Notes: generated by a model not told the origin, from the sequence alone. Shown: positions 26,314-36,701, counted from the first letter of the stretch. The stretch: DNA of 64,000 nucleotides from an uncultured virus (IMG/VR IMGVR_UViG_3300027659_000012) (IMGVR_UViG_3300027659_000012); one strand, 5' to 3'. Numbers and translations are program-made.

Positions 26314-26769
26314 TTATTCTACCATATTTTCCGGAACTTGTACATACATTTTTTTAATGTATTTTGCCAAGTGTCTACGAGTCACCTTTACTGCTATCCA
26401 ATCATTATAAAAATTGGCATCTAGGATAGCGTCAAGAGCAAACTGTTCCTTGGCCTCAAGATAGGCACATTCGCTTTTAGAGGCGCAAAGATGAATGATC
26501 TCCTTCTCAAAGTTCTCAGCTCCGAATTCCTTGATGTCAGCCAACAAAGGACCATTCGAGCCACAATATTTGCGCCAATCACTCTCGACCACGGAGCGAA
26601 CTTTCTTGCCCTTCCTCACCACGGTCCTCTTGCTCCAGAAGAATTTTTTGCCGATGTACTTCCTCCCATTCAGGAGGTTTCGAATCACATACACGAACCC
26701 ATAGATCAACTTTGGATCAAGTTCTCCCTCGGCAAATTCTATTGGTTTCCCTTGATAATACCATTGCAT
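26314..26769 (-). CDS. GIY-YIG endonuclease
   Basis: GFVYVI.N..NGRKYIGKK..WRKYCGS..YLE..QF..FYN. Confidence 0.8.
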   Translation of the reverse strand: MQWYYQGKPIEFAEGELDPKLIYGFVYVIRNLLNGRKYIGKKFFWSKRTVVRKGKKVRSVVESDWRKYCGSNGPLLADIKEFGAENFEKEIIHLCASKSECAYLEAKEQFALDAILDANFYNDWIAVKVTRRHLAKYIKKMYVQVPENMVE

Positions 26770-26782
26770 GAATAGTATCTAT

Positions 26783-26983
26783 TCAATCCAGGGAATCGTC
26801 GTATCCATCTAGTTCCCCGCCATAAACGCGATGAAGACCACAAAACGGACAATATTCCGGATAGAGTTCTTCCTCGGGCAATTGATCGGTGTCTTGATCA
26901 TCCTCATCAAATAGTTCGTCGCTGTCGTCCCATATGAGTTCATACGAGTACTTGCATCTTGGGCACGTATTTTCTTCTAACAT
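26783..26983 (-). CDS. Acidic zinc-ribbon protein
   Basis: CPRC...CPFCG. Confidence 0.6.
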   Translation of the reverse strand: MLEENTCPRCKYSYELIWDDSDELFDEDDQDTDQLPEEELYPEYCPFCGLHRVYGGELDGYDDSLD

Positions 26984-26995
26984 ATGCGTTATTTA

Positions 26996-28651
26996 TTATG
27001 CCTCGCAAGAGGCACAGTTTAGGATCGAGCGAGCGAGCTCTTGTGAAGGGTTAGCGCTGCGTTGATAATACAACGACTTGATTCCTTGTTGCCAGGCAAA
27101 GATCATAAGTTCGTTAACCTCCTTGGGTTTGGTATTAGGAGGAATCATAAGGTTCAGCGATTGTCCTTGATCGATCCACTTCTGACGCTGAGCTGCCTGA
27201 ATGACGATCTCTTTCTGAGAGATTTCGCCGAATGTCTTGAACACATCCTTTTCGTCCTGAGTCAGGAATTCAAGGTGTTGGACAGAACCGCCGTGAGACA
27301 GCACATCTTTCCAGACCTCGAGGTTATCTTGACCTTTGCTCTTAAGAAGTTTGGCAAGATAAGGATTCTTAAAGGTAAACTTACCCTTAGCAAGATCCTT
27401 AGTGAAGTAGTTGCTGTTCAGCGGCTCGATGGAAGGAGAGACCTGACCAAGAATGAATGAACTCGAGGTAGTAGGTGCCACTGCCAGCGTAGTAGAGTTA
27501 CGACGACCATATCCGGCGAGCAATGGAGGTTCACCAAACAATGAAGCGAGCTCAACGGAGGCAGCATCACATTTCTTTCGAAGAGTCGAGAAGACTTCAT
27601 TGTTGAGCATCTTGGCATCCATCGATTCGAATGCGATTTGCTTCAACTGAAGAAGCGAATGCCAACCAAGCACACCGATTCCGATAGCGCGCTGATTGAT
27701 GGCAAACTTTCTCGGCGCATCCATGAACGGAATGTCCTCGGTCTTGTCGACGAATTCAGTGATCACTGCATCCAAGAAACAGTTTAGCGTCTCAATGGCA
27801 TCGGTATCTTTCAATTCGTCCCAACGTTCCAGATTAATCGAGGAAAGGCAGCAAACAAAAGATTCATCGGTCTGATTGCTCAGAAAGATTTCGGTACAAA
27901 GGTTACTATGATTGATCTTGAGACCTTTGTCCTTGTAAACCTGAGGAGCCGCATCATTGGCATTGTCGGTAAAGAAGAGGTATGGATAGCCAGATTCGAA
28001 ACGCTTCTTAATGACTTGACCCCAGATCTTGCGTTTATCTTTATCACCTTCGAGCATGCTTTCCATCCAAGCATTCGTAATCGTGACACCGATCGAAAGA
28101 TCCTGAATCGAGTTGCCTTCACCACGAATCTTTAAGAATTCCTCGATGTCTCCGTGATCGATCGGCAGATAGGCCGCAAAAGAGCCGCGGCGAACATTGC
28201 CTTGCGAGACGACATTCATCAGCTTATCATAGAGTTCCATGAAATGGACAGATCCTGTCGAGGTTCCGCCAGTCGAGATAGGAGTACCGCGTGAACGAAG
28301 AGCCCCGAAATATGCCGAGGTACCACCACCGGATTTGGTCATCATTCCGATCTCGGCAAGCTTATTGCCTACAATCTCCTCGAGACGATCATCGATATAA
28401 GAACCGAAACAAGAAATTGGTAAACCTCTCTCACGACCAAAGTTACTCCAGACCGGAGAAGATAGTGAGAAGAAACCGGCATGCATGTAAGATTCAAACT
28501 TATCTGCAAATCCATCGATCTTCAAATATCGCTCTGCTGCCTCGGCAATATCACGAATTCTTTGTTCCGGGGTTTCTCCTTCAATTAAATACCCACGCTC
28601 TAGGAACTTGCGCGAGTCTTTGTTCAACCAATAAATGTCCTTGTTACTCAT
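26996..28651 (-). CDS. nrdA: Class I ribonucleotide reductase alpha subunit
   Basis: PISC, SNLCTEI, CCLSS, APTTSSS, KSLYY and C-terminal CASCEA; short, no obvious ATP cone. Confidence 0.95.
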   Translation of the reverse strand: MSNKDIYWLNKDSRKFLERGYLIEGETPEQRIRDIAEAAERYLKIDGFADKFESYMHAGFFSLSSPVWSNFGRERGLPISCFGSYIDDRLEEIVGNKLAEIGMMTKSGGGTSAYFGALRSRGTPISTGGTSTGSVHFMELYDKLMNVVSQGNVRRGSFAAYLPIDHGDIEEFLKIRGEGNSIQDLSIGVTITNAWMESMLEGDKDKRKIWGQVIKKRFESGYPYLFFTDNANDAAPQVYKDKGLKINHSNLCTEIFLSNQTDESFVCCLSSINLERWDELKDTDAIETLNCFLDAVITEFVDKTEDIPFMDAPRKFAINQRAIGIGVLGWHSLLQLKQIAFESMDAKMLNNEVFSTLRKKCDAASVELASLFGEPPLLAGYGRRNSTTLAVAPTTSSSFILGQVSPSIEPLNSNYFTKDLAKGKFTFKNPYLAKLLKSKGQDNLEVWKDVLSHGGSVQHLEFLTQDEKDVFKTFGEISQKEIVIQAAQRQKWIDQGQSLNLMIPPNTKPKEVNELMIFAWQQGIKSLYYQRSANPSQELARSILNCASCEA

Positions 28652-28667
28652 AATCTAAAGTTATATA

Positions 28668-29390
28668 TCAAATTTTTGAATCTAATTTTGCTGCTCGTCG
28701 GCGATCCCACGCTTCACGCATTTTTTGCTTACTTTCTTCAGATTGTTTTTTCCCATACATTGGGTTACCTTCTCCGCTAACGCGTTTACTAATCTTTTCT
28801 CGTGTTTCTTCATCAATTGGATTTTCTTTATAGTAATCTATCATAATTTGTGATTGAGCTTCACGATTTTTAGTATCGCTCCAACGTTTTTTATTACATT
28901 CTGATGCATGAATGCGTTGTTCTTGGCTTACCCATTCTTCATATCTTTCCCGACGAGTATTCACCATCTTTTCATATACTGCTTTACTTCTATTGCGCTT
29001 CTCGTCATTTTGAAGCTGAATAGTTTCTAACGATTTTGGTTTACTCATTTTAAATTTAGTTTTTTCATTCAAGATATATCCTCCTTTATTTCTAAAATTA
29101 GAATTACCATTACTTTGGTTTATAAACGTATCATTGTTTTTAGCATCAATTTTATTTAGAAATCTAAATTCATAGAGTAATACATCTGCGGCGCTATCAA
29201 AGAATTTTATTCGAAGAATTTCAAAAGAAGTTATGCCATCCAATTTAATTAAGTTTTTAACTATTTTGGATGATGTCTGATATCCACCTTTAGTCATAAA
29301 ATTAGAAAAATTGGCATTTGAATACTTACAACCAGCATAATATCGTTGAGAAGGTATATGTTTAATAATATAAAAATATGGGTTTTGCAT
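28668..29390 (-). mobile_element. Free-standing homing endonuclease (GIY-YIG-like plus NUMOD3)
   Basis: PYFYII..YYAG, GYQTSS, GEGNPMYGKKQSEESKQKM; AT-rich; between nrdB and nrdA. Confidence 0.8.
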
Positions 29391-29427
29391 ATTCTTATTT
29401 TTAATACACGCTACCTCATGAGTATAT

Positions 29428-30423
29428 TTAATCGCCGAATAAATCTTCTTCTCCAAATGATTGATTCTTCTTAGCGTACTCAACTGGTCTAGATGAGAAA
29501 AAGTCGGTCATATTATTTCCGAGCAGTTCTTCGTCAAACCACACGGTCTTCGAGAGCAATTCTTGATCCACGTCGGTGAATGGCAAAGGCATCGAGATTT
29601 GTTTCATCGACTCGTTGATACGATTCTTGATGAACTCTTTTAGGATGGGTGCCGACAATGATTTCTCATCGATACCGTTTACCATCCAATCTACGATCTT
29701 ACTCTCGGCCAAGAAAGCCTCTTGCGCCGCACCTTGAATACGCTGCTCGAGTTCGGCATCAAACAATTCAGGATGCTCTTGGCGAATAGTATTGATGATC
29801 TGAATACCAACTAAGGCATGAATGTTTTCTTCATTGCGAGTGTATTTCACTTGCTGATCTGTATCCTTCATCACGTTCTTAAATCGAGCAAAGTGATTGA
29901 TGATGTAAAACTGAGAGAAGAGCGAAACGTTCTCGACGAAGAGAGTAAAGAGAATGATCGCGTATAGGTATTGCTTCTTCGAATCCTTATAGAAGCGATG
30001 AGTATACTTACGAAGGTACTTGACTCGACCTTGAATCCATTCGAGCTTAAGATTCTCCTCGAAGATGTCCTCTAATTCCAGGACAGAGAGGAGACGCTCA
30101 TATGCATTGTTATGAATCACCTCGGTATTTGCCATGACATAGCCAAGATCCTGAAGTGTCGGATGAGGAAGGTTCTCGCCAAGTTTAGCCCAGAAAGTTT
30201 TCACTGCCACTTCGATTTGACCGATGGCGGAGAGGGTACGCACAACGATCTCGCGTTCTTGATCGTTGAGTTCTACCTTAAATTGCTGGATGTCACTCTT
30301 GAAATTAAATTCTTTGTCGGTCCAAAAACCATCGTGCATGGCCTGAATGAACTGCTCGGCCCAAGGGTAACGATTTGGCTTTCTACTGATCTGCTCTTCG
30401 AATATGCTGTATTGGTTGTTCAT
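29428..30423 (-). CDS. nrdB: Class I ribonucleotide reductase beta subunit
   Basis: EVIHNNAY, VENVSLFSQF, EENIH, DFFSSRPVEY. Confidence 0.95.
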   Translation of the reverse strand: MNNQYSIFEEQISRKPNRYPWAEQFIQAMHDGFWTDKEFNFKSDIQQFKVELNDQEREIVVRTLSAIGQIEVAVKTFWAKLGENLPHPTLQDLGYVMANTEVIHNNAYERLLSVLELEDIFEENLKLEWIQGRVKYLRKYTHRFYKDSKKQYLYAIILFTLFVENVSLFSQFYIINHFARFKNVMKDTDQQVKYTRNEENIHALVGIQIINTIRQEHPELFDAELEQRIQGAAQEAFLAESKIVDWMVNGIDEKSLSAPILKEFIKNRINESMKQISMPLPFTDVDQELLSKTVWFDEELLGNNMTDFFSSRPVEYAKKNQSFGEEDLFGD

Positions 30424-30522
30424 GTCTTTGATGGTTAAAAATCTCGTTGCTATAGAGGCAGCAACAGGCCTAATTATACACTAAAAATCACACAAGTAAA
30501 TACTTTTTACTCAGAAAATGAT

Positions 30523-30852
30523 TTAGGCCGCATCCTCACTAAGGGGACGGGCACGGATCATCTTCATTGCCCCAGTTTCGGCATCTCGAAGGACGATCTT
30601 GGTCTTGCCGTCACGATTCTTGGCAAACTGATAGAGCTCATTCTGCTTCTCGTCATTCAGATCGAGAAACTTACTCCAGCGCTCAAACTTAGAGCGACCA
30701 GGCATGAAACGACGAAAAACATCGGATGGAAGATCGAATATAGACTGCTTCGAACCTGAAGGCTTGATGCCCTTAAACTTTGGTCCTCCTGTCGGTGGAG
30801 TCGCCACCGAACCAGTACTCGTTCCCGCTCCTTCTCCGTCTTCGTTCTTCAT
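30523..30852 (-). CDS. Late hypothetical protein
   Basis: TATAAATA at 30858-30865 upstream. Confidence 0.65.
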   Translation of the reverse strand: MKNEDGEGAGTSTGSVATPPTGGPKFKGIKPSGSKQSIFDLPSDVFRRFMPGRSKFERWSKFLDLNDEKQNELYQFAKNRDGKTKIVLRDAETGAMKMIRARPLSEDAA

Positions 30853-30860
30853 GACGATAT

Positions 30861-31229
30861 TTATATAGACTGAAGTTTCTTTACGACAAAAAGATCCACC
30901 GGAATATCCACATACTCATCCTCAGGCAAATAGTTCAGATACAAAAGAAAGGTTTTGAGAGCAGGCCACATTGCCTCGTCTATTCGATGAAAGCACATGG
31001 TTCGGGCTGCCTCGATATAGAAGATGTTATGGATCGTGATCAGATGATTCAGGATGAGCCTCTCTTGCAGCTCCTTCTTTTCCTTATACCGACCGAATAA
31101 TCTCTTTAGGTACTTGAACTTCGACAGATCATCATAGAATTCCTGGATGTCGATACATCTAGGATTGTTATAATGCTTAGCCGCATACAGCTCAAAGTTT
31201 CGATCGGTTAACTCGTCGATGAGTTGCAT
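30861..31229 (-). CDS. Conserved T4-like hypothetical protein
   Basis: YAAKHYNNP.C..EF.DDL..FKYLKRL..ERLILNH. Confidence 0.8.
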   Translation of the reverse strand: MQLIDELTDRNFELYAAKHYNNPRCIDIQEFYDDLSKFKYLKRLFGRYKEKKELQERLILNHLITIHNIFYIEAARTMCFHRIDEAMWPALKTFLLYLNYLPEDEYVDIPVDLFVVKKLQSI

Positions 31230-31230
31230 A

Positions 31231-31542
31231 TTATTTTAGCAGATCACTAACACTTTTTCCTTTTTCCCAGAACTTGCAGCTCCAGTAGTTGGCTTTCCAC
31301 TTGGGTCCGGGATCGGTATCACAACCGTGTCTTGCTCTATAACTCTTGAGGCGAGCCGGATCATCTCGCTTGATCTCCATATTCGGATCGCCAAATCCTA
31401 GCTTAATCACGTTGCCCTTTTCGTTCTTGACATAGACATAAAACTTATGCTTTTCGTCGTCAGAACGAAAGGGATTATTCAACGTGACTTGCTTGCCGTC
31501 ATACTCGGCTGCTTCAGCTATATATTCTCCAAATGATTTCAT
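31231..31542 (-). CDS. Putative virion internal protein with capsid-targeting-like N-terminus
   Basis: Likely start MKSFGEYIAE; KFYVYVK..FGDP..SYRARH.C..YWSC. Confidence 0.7.
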   Translation of the reverse strand: MKSFGEYIAEAAEYDGKQVTLNNPFRSDDEKHKFYVYVKNEKGNVIKLGFGDPNMEIKRDDPARLKSYRARHGCDTDPGPKWKANYWSCKFWEKGKSVSDLLK

Positions 31543-31603
31543 TTTTTGGTTTACAACCTCCACAGTTTTGGTATAATTCTACTAGATTCGACGATACAAA
31601 CTA

Positions 31604-33580
31604 TCAAGGATAATTTTGGATGCCTTCTTCTTCTTGTTTCTTGTTGGCCTTAAGAAACGTTGCATATTCTTCCTTGATTTGAAGAATCGACTTGCCGACC
31701 ACTGAATAGTTTTTGACGAAGTCTTCAAGTTTACCAGAACCATCTGATCTGAGTGCAAGCTGAGCAATCTTAAGATCACGTGCCTCAGTGAAGCTTTCAT
31801 TCATGCGACTCAGACGATCAAGGACAAAATCTTTGCTTCCCATCTTTCGTTGGTTGAAAGCAATCTTTGTGACTGGAAGGTCCTTTGACTTGAACTCAAT
31901 GGACGTACTAGAGATTGACTTGATAACACCGAAGTTAGTCTTATCACCGACACTGTACTTGGCAACGCGAGCCTTGATTTCTTCTACACCTTCTTCAAGA
32001 TCTTCAACTTCTTCAAACAATGACAGCTTGCCGATAGGCACGCTCACTTCGTCTCCGCCATCATTGAGCTTGACATCAATAATTTCTTTATCACTGCTGA
32101 CGTTAGTAACTTTACCAACTTTGCCATTGCGAAGAGTAACACGAACACCAATCTTGATCTCATCGGCCTTTGATTCATTCTGAATTGCCTTGGTCACCGT
32201 CTTGCGACGATTCTTAAGGTACTCATCTGATTCATCAGAGTCGCCATCATTATCGACGTCGTCGTCGTCTTTACCAACAGGGTCGAGGGCTTCGGTCTTG
32301 CAAGTACCTTCACCTTCGGCTTTTTCCTTTTTCTTCTTGGCTTCTTGGTCTTCGATAGCATCTTCAAGATCATCGATAGCACAATCAGTGGTTTTTTGCT
32401 CGGTGAGAGGCGTAACATGTCTGAAACTACTTGTTTCAGTTCTACCTGACAATGAACTCTTATACTTTACGGTATATTCTTTTGCTATATCGCCAGCATG
32501 GACACTTTGTTCTGTATCGGCAATCTTAACGATTGTTCCTTTAGCTGTAACCTCAGGTCGGGTTGTTTTACCTGTTGACCAATCAGTAGTACCACTACTA
32601 ATCGTCACTCTTACTGAATCTCCTACTTTAAGATCAGCCACCTTTTTTCCTTCAGTGACAGGAATCTCACCTTCACGATCAAAGTTAAGGCTAACCGAGC
32701 CTTCGTTCTTTTTACGACTCTTCATTAAAAGTTCAAATGTGCGACCTTCATATCCATTGGAAGACCATGTTTTCAACTCATCTTTCGTCATGAGCTTGCA
32801 GATCTGTTCGATTGCTTTAAAGTCTTGATTGGAAAGATATTTCTCAATCTGCGATCCGGTAATTTTGGTAATAGTTGATGTATTCATATTTTCTTGGATT
32901 TCTTCGAGCTCGACTGACTCGTTCTTTTTGGCCTTATCTCTGGCATCCACATATGCGTCATAGACATCGTCGGCTCTATCATTCAACGTTCTCACTGCAG
33001 TGTAATAGGTCTCAAGTGAGTCATCATCAAGGTTGCGTTCTTTTGCTTTTTTATATTTTTCTTCTGCCTCATCGGCTTGTCTACGCAGAAACTTATATTT
33101 GGTATGCAATGTTTCCATATAGCCAGCATTTTCTTCAAGATCGCTAACTACTCCTTCTTTCATTACGCCATATTCAACTCTATTACCTCTGATATGTTGC
33201 CAACTTCCGTCAGCATAATTAACAACATACACGGATGCAAATGACCCATCCGGTTTTACACTTCCAAGAACATTTTTAATTTTCTTTTTAATACTCTTTA
33301 AGTATGGAACTTTTTGAATATCAGAAGAACTCATCTGTTTATAATCATTATTTTGAAGTTCATGGCGCAACATTCCTTGTGCACCACTTTGACTTATAGC
33401 TTCTTCAAGCTCAACAGACTCATTCTTCTGAGCCGCATAGTAGGCACCAAGTGCCATCATGATGCGTTCATCCTTGGTCTTGCCGTCAAATCGAGCATCA
33501 TCGCTGTTGACGAAGTCTTCGATCCAATCCTTTGCCGGAGCAGAGGCACCCAGTTTTTCATTGATTTGTTCTTGATTCAT
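31604..33580 (-). CDS. Modular internal head / prohead-core-like polyprotein
   Basis: Repeated KNESVELEE and (L/V/F)xE linkers, LDPVGKDDDDVDNDGD module, SH3/KOW-like modules. Confidence 0.65.
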   Translation of the reverse strand: MNQEQINEKLGASAPAKDWIEDFVNSDDARFDGKTKDERIMMALGAYYAAQKNESVELEEAISQSGAQGMLRHELQNNDYKQMSSSDIQKVPYLKSIKKKIKNVLGSVKPDGSFASVYVVNYADGSWQHIRGNRVEYGVMKEGVVSDLEENAGYMETLHTKYKFLRRQADEAEEKYKKAKERNLDDDSLETYYTAVRTLNDRADDVYDAYVDARDKAKKNESVELEEIQENMNTSTITKITGSQIEKYLSNQDFKAIEQICKLMTKDELKTWSSNGYEGRTFELLMKSRKKNEGSVSLNFDREGEIPVTEGKKVADLKVGDSVRVTISSGTTDWSTGKTTRPEVTAKGTIVKIADTEQSVHAGDIAKEYTVKYKSSLSGRTETSSFRHVTPLTEQKTTDCAIDDLEDAIEDQEAKKKKEKAEGEGTCKTEALDPVGKDDDDVDNDGDSDESDEYLKNRRKTVTKAIQNESKADEIKIGVRVTLRNGKVGKVTNVSSDKEIIDVKLNDGGDEVSVPIGKLSLFEEVEDLEEGVEEIKARVAKYSVGDKTNFGVIKSISSTSIEFKSKDLPVTKIAFNQRKMGSKDFVLDRLSRMNESFTEARDLKIAQLALRSDGSGKLEDFVKNYSVVGKSILQIKEEYATFLKANKKQEEEGIQNYP

Positions 33581-33595
33581 ATCTGTATCTATTTA

Positions 33596-34420
33596 TTAAA
33601 TTTTCTCTACTGCATTGAGCCATTTGCGATATGACTTGCCATCGCTGGCCTCGACGATGATATAGTTTGGTCCACACTTTGAAATGGTTCCGCTGAGATC
33701 CGTTCCGATGATATTGACTCGATCATTGACCGAGAATAGTTCTCCGTGAACATATGCCTCACGCGTCTCGGATATAGTCTCGAGCTGGATATGTTTGCGA
33801 AAGCTGTAGGACTCTTTAAGCCCCATTCCGGCACGCACTGCGTTGAACAGTTCACGCACCTCGCCGAATCCCTTTGGAACTCCTTTGGCAAAAGATTCTA
33901 AATCGTTCGCTTTTGCTGCATCGCGCATCTTAGTCGAACTCATTCCCTCGGCTCCATCGGAATCGGGATCGCGTTGATTGTTACTGACAACGTTGATGCC
34001 ATCCGAGAATTCGTAGGTACCATGAGAGGCATGAACTCCATTGTAGCGATTTAAGAGCGTCTCAAATTCCTTGACGCGATCGCTACCACAAACCAATGTG
34101 AGCTTGGTGAATCCTTGTTTGTTCAACTTGACCGCCGCGTCCAACACAGTTTTGATGTGCTTATCCTCGATGATGTTGCGACCATACTTAGGAAAGATCT
34201 TGCGCAAGAATTTGATCTTATCTTCGTAAGAAAGAGGGTTCTTCTTAGGATCATGTGTCTGCGAGGCAAAGATCGCATATTTTTTACCTTGAGCTTCCTT
34301 TACGACCTTCTGAAAGAGTGTCTCGTGACCGATATTCGGCGGCTGGAATCTACCAAAGGTAATCACGATCTCATTGATGCGTGATTCGGTAAATGTCTTA
34401 AATGATTTCAATTGTCCCAT
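33596..34420 (-). CDS. HIGH-motif (cytidyltransferase-like) nucleotidyltransferase
   Basis: FGRFQPPNIGH, KNPL, GSDR, RDPD..MSSTKMR. Confidence 0.85.
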   Translation of the reverse strand: MGQLKSFKTFTESRINEIVITFGRFQPPNIGHETLFQKVVKEAQGKKYAIFASQTHDPKKNPLSYEDKIKFLRKIFPKYGRNIIEDKHIKTVLDAAVKLNKQGFTKLTLVCGSDRVKEFETLLNRYNGVHASHGTYEFSDGINVVSNNQRDPDSDGAEGMSSTKMRDAAKANDLESFAKGVPKGFGEVRELFNAVRAGMGLKESYSFRKHIQLETISETREAYVHGELFSVNDRVNIIGTDLSGTISKCGPNYIIVEASDGKSYRKWLNAVEKI

Positions 34421-34441
34421 ACACTAATTTATATCGGCAAA

Positions 34442-34672
34442 TTACTGACCGTAACCCACAGGATTACTGAATCTTTTAATCACATCCTCGGCAGTCTCGG
34501 CATTCGGGCTCATTTCTTTCTCATCAAGCTTATCGGCACCGCTCGAACCTTGCTGACGTTGCCAGGCATAATACGATAACAAGCCATCAGGATCGTATTT
34601 TGGATCGGTTTTATGCGAGAATGTGTAGTCTACGACATTAAAGTCCTTGAATGATAGAGGTTTATTGCTCAT
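34442..34672 (-). CDS. Small late protein
   Basis: TATAAATA at 34685-34692; N-terminus LSFKDF. Confidence 0.55.
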   Translation of the reverse strand: MSNKPLSFKDFNVVDYTFSHKTDPKYDPDGLLSYYAWQRQQGSSGADKLDEKEMSPNAETAEDVIKRFSNPVGYGQ

Positions 34673-34692
34673 ATAGTGTGTATCTATTTATA

Positions 34693-35592
34693 TTATTTTG
34701 CTTTGCTGGCTTTGAATTGCGGCGTGGTAACCTTAATATCGCGGCCATTGATCGTCAGAACCAGTCCTTCAATGTCCGGTCCCAGCTTTAATTTATCTAA
34801 GATGCTTTCATGATGCAGAATATAGTCAGCAACCTCATCTTTCACCTTTTGAATCACCGCACGAATGTTTGCCTTGGATTCCTTATCTCCATGTTTGAGT
34901 GAAGTCAGCGTTACTCTGGCATCTTTACCCAGACTCAGGATCGGGTCGATCATGCCAGATACGTCGATTGCGCCTTGCATAGAAAGTGAAGGATCGATCA
35001 CACGAATCTTATCATTCGATGCGGCAACAATTGCCTTTAAGATTTTCTCTCCATCCGGATGAGGTTTGCCAGTCGAAGAATAGACCACCGCATGCGGAAA
35101 CAGAGTCATCAGAGAACCTAACTTTTTCTTATCATACTTGACGGTGACGAACGTGATGCCCTCTTCGTCAAATGCAGCCATCGGATTATAGAAGATCTCA
35201 GTGATCACCTTGGCATCTGAAGGTACAACCGACATGGCCTTGCAATGAATGATCTCATTGAATAGATCATCGTAGTGCTGTGCCCGTAACATCACTTCAC
35301 CAGTAGAACCACGACTCTTGGCATAGGCAGAGAAAGAACCGGGATTGAAGATTGGGCCAGAGCGTGAGCTCTCGAAGAAAGGCTTGCCGTGAATGTCTTT
35401 ACCGAATCTAGCACCAAGACCATCGATCTTTAGTGCAACCTTGATGTCCTTTATTTTACCTTTCATCACAGAGGCGACGCTCTGAATAAAGTCGATGAAT
35501 TCGACATCCTTCATCTTCTGAAGGTGCAGCATATTCTGCCGAGTTGTCGCCATAACATCCTCGACTAGGTGTTCTTTAAATGATCTGATCAT
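34693..35592 (-). CDS. Ligase-like covalent nucleotidyltransferase-fold protein
   Basis: KIDG (motif I-like) and IEGLVL..IK (motif IV/V-like); N-terminus MIRSFKEHLVE. Confidence 0.55.
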   Translation of the reverse strand: MIRSFKEHLVEDVMATTRQNMLHLQKMKDVEFIDFIQSVASVMKGKIKDIKVALKIDGLGARFGKDIHGKPFFESSRSGPIFNPGSFSAYAKSRGSTGEVMLRAQHYDDLFNEIIHCKAMSVVPSDAKVITEIFYNPMAAFDEEGITFVTVKYDKKKLGSLMTLFPHAVVYSSTGKPHPDGEKILKAIVAASNDKIRVIDPSLSMQGAIDVSGMIDPILSLGKDARVTLTSLKHGDKESKANIRAVIQKVKDEVADYILHHESILDKLKLGPDIEGLVLTINGRDIKVTTPQFKASKAK

Positions 35593-35595
35593 GGT

Positions 35596-36696
35596 TCAAT
35601 AGGATTTATAGTATTCTGCGCGCATGTTATCGATCGCGCGATGATCATAGTCGACACCGACAGTATCGATCAGCTTAAGGAATGCTGCCATCTTTTCGAC
35701 GCTATCTTTCTCGGCATCACCGCGATAGAGACCTTGGGCTCCTTTTGACCAGAGAGTATGAGCGAAGGCACCAATGAGTTTTGTCTGATCCGAATGATTG
35801 AAGTATTTCTTGACCAATTCGGCACCACCAGTAAAGGAATCAAACAGATCCAGATCGTGTTTATTCGGTACTCGATCGAAGAGCATCTCGAACATTACGG
35901 CCAGATCAGTGACGTGACTCGATTGATTGGTAGGTATCTCGCGGTAGACATGAAGTCCATCCTGAACGATATGCTTGCCGACTGCGTCAAGGGCCGGAGC
36001 GATCTTGATTCTCAGCCCGGCAGTGACAGAGAATGCCAGGTCGGTCGCCTTGGTTTTTGTAGGCACTTCTTTCTTTCCTTTAAGAATGATGATATCACGG
36101 AGGGTCTTGCTCGAGAATGCCCGAACAAGATACTTATGAAACACTCCCTTGATTCCTGAGGTGATATCATTCCATGCGGATGAATGAGAGAACATGCTCC
36201 ATTGTGTAGGTTTGCCATGAACAAAGTCAACCAATTCGATGTCGATTTGAATGTTGATATCAAATTCAATGAAGTGCCAGAGTGTGATGAATTGACCTGC
36301 AGACTTTTTGAAGCCGATCAGATGCGCATCGCCAAATTTATGGCCAGTGCTGGATTTTAAGAAAGCCTCGATGTTCTTCTCCTCCATCTTGTCGACCTGA
36401 GTATCCACATCGCCGACAGTGTTTTTGTATTTGGTAAATTCCGGAGTGGATATCGCACGATTGAAGAAATGAAAGGCAGAACCGCTCAGATACTTCTTGC
36501 TCTTGAACAGTTCGCCGCTCCAGAGTGGAAGACCATACTTCTTCTTGAAGGCGCCGTTAACGATCTCGAGTGTCTTCTCGATCTTGGGAACGATCGCGTC
36601 ACGGTTGATCTTAGAGAGGTCGATACGATCGGCACCTTTATCGCCGATCATGACGTTACCGCCTTCGTTGAGTGTAAATTCGTTAAATGATAACAT
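35596..36696 (-). CDS. Pol-beta-superfamily nucleotidyltransferase-like protein
   Basis: LSGSA..GDVD..IQID; N-terminus MLSFNEFTLNEGGN. Confidence 0.6.
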   Translation of the reverse strand: MLSFNEFTLNEGGNVMIGDKGADRIDLSKINRDAIVPKIEKTLEIVNGAFKKKYGLPLWSGELFKSKKYLSGSAFHFFNRAISTPEFTKYKNTVGDVDTQVDKMEEKNIEAFLKSSTGHKFGDAHLIGFKKSAGQFITLWHFIEFDINIQIDIELVDFVHGKPTQWSMFSHSSAWNDITSGIKGVFHKYLVRAFSSKTLRDIIILKGKKEVPTKTKATDLAFSVTAGLRIKIAPALDAVGKHIVQDGLHVYREIPTNQSSHVTDLAVMFEMLFDRVPNKHDLDLFDSFTGGAELVKKYFNHSDQTKLIGAFAHTLWSKGAQGLYRGDAEKDSVEKMAAFLKLIDTVGVDYDHRAIDNMRAEYYKSY

Positions 36697-36701
36697 CTTT
36701 G

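Noticed and set aside
28668..29427. Group I intron in the nrd genes
   Set aside because: nrdA and nrdB are both uninterrupted; the endonuclease is intergenic
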